Assembly (NCBI GenBank): GCA_002067975.1 | Contig: MVRS01000239.1 | Coordinates: 1-37,318, forward strand | Source: Syntrophorhabdus sp. PtaU1.Bin058 | GTDB taxonomy: Bacteria; Desulfobacterota; Syntrophorhabdia; Syntrophorhabdales; Syntrophorhabdaceae | Reading direction: 5' to 3' | DNA length: 37,318 bases | In this document: one piece after another, positions 35,602 to 37,318 of the stretch | Position numbering within the stretch: position 1 is the stretch's first letter | How the letters are laid out: each line of letters begins with the position of its first letter | Translations under genes and position numbers: made by a program | The notes under the pieces: model-generated | Told to the model about the DNA's origin: nothing | The model's database searches: none | What the model saw: only the letters and a program-made list of their open reading frames with translations

Positions 35602-37197
35602 ATGGTAATTGAAAACAAGGATCTGATGGCGGTTGAGAACGAGTTATTCAGGGAGGTGACGCTGCACGTCTGCAGCAGTCTCGACATGGTGACGGCGATG
35701 CAGCGCTGCCTCCCGGTAATCGCGCACGTCATACCTGTAGACCGCATGGGGATACATCTCTACGATCAAGGCCTCGGTTCGGTGCGAACCACCTTTCTGG
35801 CAACCCGCGAAAGGGCTGTCAAGCTCAACGTCCTCACCACGCTTAAGGCCCGGTCCGGAAAGAAGCCGGAAGGGGATGATCCAAAGGACCTGCTGATTTC
35901 AACGCAATCCCACCCCGACCCCGTGGCGGTACGGATCATTAATAATCCCACTCGCGATCCTGTGGCTGAACAGGTGCTTTCACACTTTGGCGCATCATTC
36001 AACTCGTCGCTGCTGGTTTTGCGGCTCGAGAGAGGAGGCAAATGGCTTGGAAGTCTCACCCTGGCAGTAGAGGGGCAAAACAGGTACACAGAGAAACATG
36101 CCAGGCTGTTGGCGCTTTTGCACGAACCCTTTGCGATTGCCCTGGCAAACGCCCTGGAGCACGGAGAGGTGCTGAGACTTAAGGAAATACTGAATGACGA
36201 CAATCGTTACCTCCGCAACAGGTTGTCTCCTTTGGCCGGTGAGGAGCTTATCGGCATGAAATCCGGATTAAAGGACGTAATCGATATGATAAAACAGGTA
36301 GCCCCTCTCCACAGCCCGGTGCTGCTCCGCGGAGAGACCGGCGTCGGCAAGGACGTCGTTGCCAATCTGATCCATTATTCATCGCCGCGCAAGGACGGTC
36401 CGTTTATAAAGGTAAATTGCGGGGCCATTCCTGAGACCCTCCTCGACAGCGAACTTTTCGGGCACGAGAAGGGCGCGTTCACCGGTGCAGTCGCCCAAAA
36501 ACGCGGCTGTTTCGAGCGGGCACACAATGGGACAATATTTCTGGACGAAATCGGAGAGCTGCCGCCGGCTGCACAGGTAAGGATGCTCCGCGTGATCCAG
36601 TACAAAGAGATCCAGCGGGTCGGAGGTTCGGCATCAATATCGGTGGACATAAGGATCATCGCAGCAACGCATCGCAACCTTGAAGACATGGTCAGCGAGG
36701 GCCGCTTCAGGGAGGACCTTTGGTTTCGGCTCAACGTCTTCCCCGTCTTGATCCCACCCCTGCGGAGCAGGAAGGCAGACATCCCCGCGCTGACCGATCA
36801 TTTTATCCAGAAGAAATCAAAGGAACTGAAGCTCCCGACGCCCCCGACACTCGGCCGTGATGCCATGGATCGCCTTGTACGCTATGACTGGCCCGGGAAC
36901 GTTCGTGAGCTGGAAAATGTGATCGAACGTGCGCTGATCCTCAGCAAGGGCGGGCCGCTGGTATTTGATCGCCTTTTTCCCTTTTATGAGTCCGCCCATA
37001 TCGATCTTCCCCTGCCCTCCTCTCGGCAAAAGGAACGCCGGTCTCTCGATGAAGTCGTCTCAGATCATATCCGGCAGACCCTCGTTGAAACGAAGGGAAA
37101 GGTCCACGGACCCGGAGGTGCAGCCGAATTGCTGGGCATGCACCCCAGCACGTTGAGAAGCAAGATGAAAAAGCTGGGTATCGCACATAAACGATGA
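35602..37197 (+). CDS. Sigma54-dependent transcriptional activator (bEBP): N-terminal GAF-like sensor, AAA+ sigma54-interaction domain, C-terminal Fis-type HTH
   Basis: Walker A GETGVGKD, GAFTGA loop (HEKGAFTGAVAQKRG), Walker B FLDEIGEL, R-finger region, C-terminal HTH (AAELLGMHPSTLRSKMKKLGI). Start ATG 35602 with GAGGG RBS preferred over the ORF track start 35539. Confidence 0.9.
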   Translation: MVIENKDLMAVENELFREVTLHVCSSLDMVTAMQRCLPVIAHVIPVDRMGIHLYDQGLGSVRTTFLATRERAVKLNVLTTLKARSGKKPEGDDPKDLLISTQSHPDPVAVRIINNPTRDPVAEQVLSHFGASFNSSLLVLRLERGGKWLGSLTLAVEGQNRYTEKHARLLALLHEPFAIALANALEHGEVLRLKEILNDDNRYLRNRLSPLAGEELIGMKSGLKDVIDMIKQVAPLHSPVLLRGETGVGKDVVANLIHYSSPRKDGPFIKVNCGAIPETLLDSELFGHEKGAFTGAVAQKRGCFERAHNGTIFLDEIGELPPAAQVRMLRVIQYKEIQRVGGSASISVDIRIIAATHRNLEDMVSEGRFREDLWFRLNVFPVLIPPLRSRKADIPALTDHFIQKKSKELKLPTPPTLGRDAMDRLVRYDWPGNVRELENVIERALILSKGGPLVFDRLFPFYESAHIDLPLPSSRQKERRSLDEVVSDHIRQTLVETKGKVHGPGGAAELLGMHPSTLRSKMKKLGIAHKR

Positions 37198-37205
37198 TCC
37201 GAATA

Positions 37206-37268
37206 CCGGATGCTGGATACTCGTCACCGGTCGCTCGATACTGGATACCGGTCTCTCGATACTCGTTA
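37206..37268. repeat. Three tandem copies of a 21-bp unit (CCGGATGCTGGATACTCGTCA / CCGGTCGCTCGATACTGGATA / CCGGTCTCTCGATACTCGTTA) plus a partial fourth, just 3' of the bEBP gene
   Basis: Read directly. Units start at 37206, 37227 and 37248. Confidence 0.6.
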
Positions 37269-37318
37269 CTGGATGCCGGCGATAAACCCCTAAAACCTGT
37301 TCAACGTTCTATGTTCAA

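Noticed and set aside
1-37318. Scan for CRISPR arrays, tRNA/rRNA genes, integrase/transposase genes and IS terminal inverted repeats
   Set aside because: No regularly spaced repeat-spacer array, no tRNA-like cloverleaf candidates in the few intergenic regions, and no ORF with integrase, transposase or recombinase motifs were found. The apparent rearrangements are marked only by gene-fragment remnants.

Overview
This is a GC-rich (about 60%) bacterial chromosomal window from a sigma54-using, probably anaerobic Gram-negative organism. It is almost entirely protein-coding, and the many Arg/Pro-rich antisense ORFs in the six-frame track are GC artefacts. Left to right it contains: (i) a minus-strand cluster of a YiiX-like permuted papain hydrolase, a large MalT-like STAND NTPase with a C-terminal SARP (OmpR-wHTH + BTAD) DNA-binding domain, a two-partner-secretion transporter (TpsB, ShlB/FhaC family) and the 5' end of a TpsA (filamentous hemagglutinin-like) exoprotein that runs off the window start; (ii) a TetR / molybdopterin oxidoreductase / hotdog thioesterase operon; (iii) an AT-rich divergent promoter island; (iv) a TetR-mdtA-mdtB-mdtC-OMF RND efflux operon; (v) a second tripartite efflux operon TetR-TolC-EmrA-EmrB followed by a cytidylate-kinase-like gene; (vi) a block with a CDF-type metal transporter, a VOC/glyoxalase protein, an AAE-family (AspT/YidE-like) exchanger and aspartate 4-decarboxylase AsdA; (vii) two diverged gene-3'-end remnants (an OMF fragment and a methyltransferase fragment) that mark past rearrangement; (viii) a flotillin-like SPFH protein with internal tandem repeats, two SAM methyltransferases, and a small secreted protein behind a good sigma54 -24/-12 promoter, divergent from a GAF-domain sigma54 enhancer-binding protein. 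No rRNA, tRNA, CRISPR array or recognisable transposase was seen. The most unusual items are the STAND-SARP regulator placed over a promoter with 11-bp-periodic direct repeats upstream of the TPS genes, the heptamer repeat arrays, the paired pseudogene remnants, and the AsdA plus exchanger energy module.
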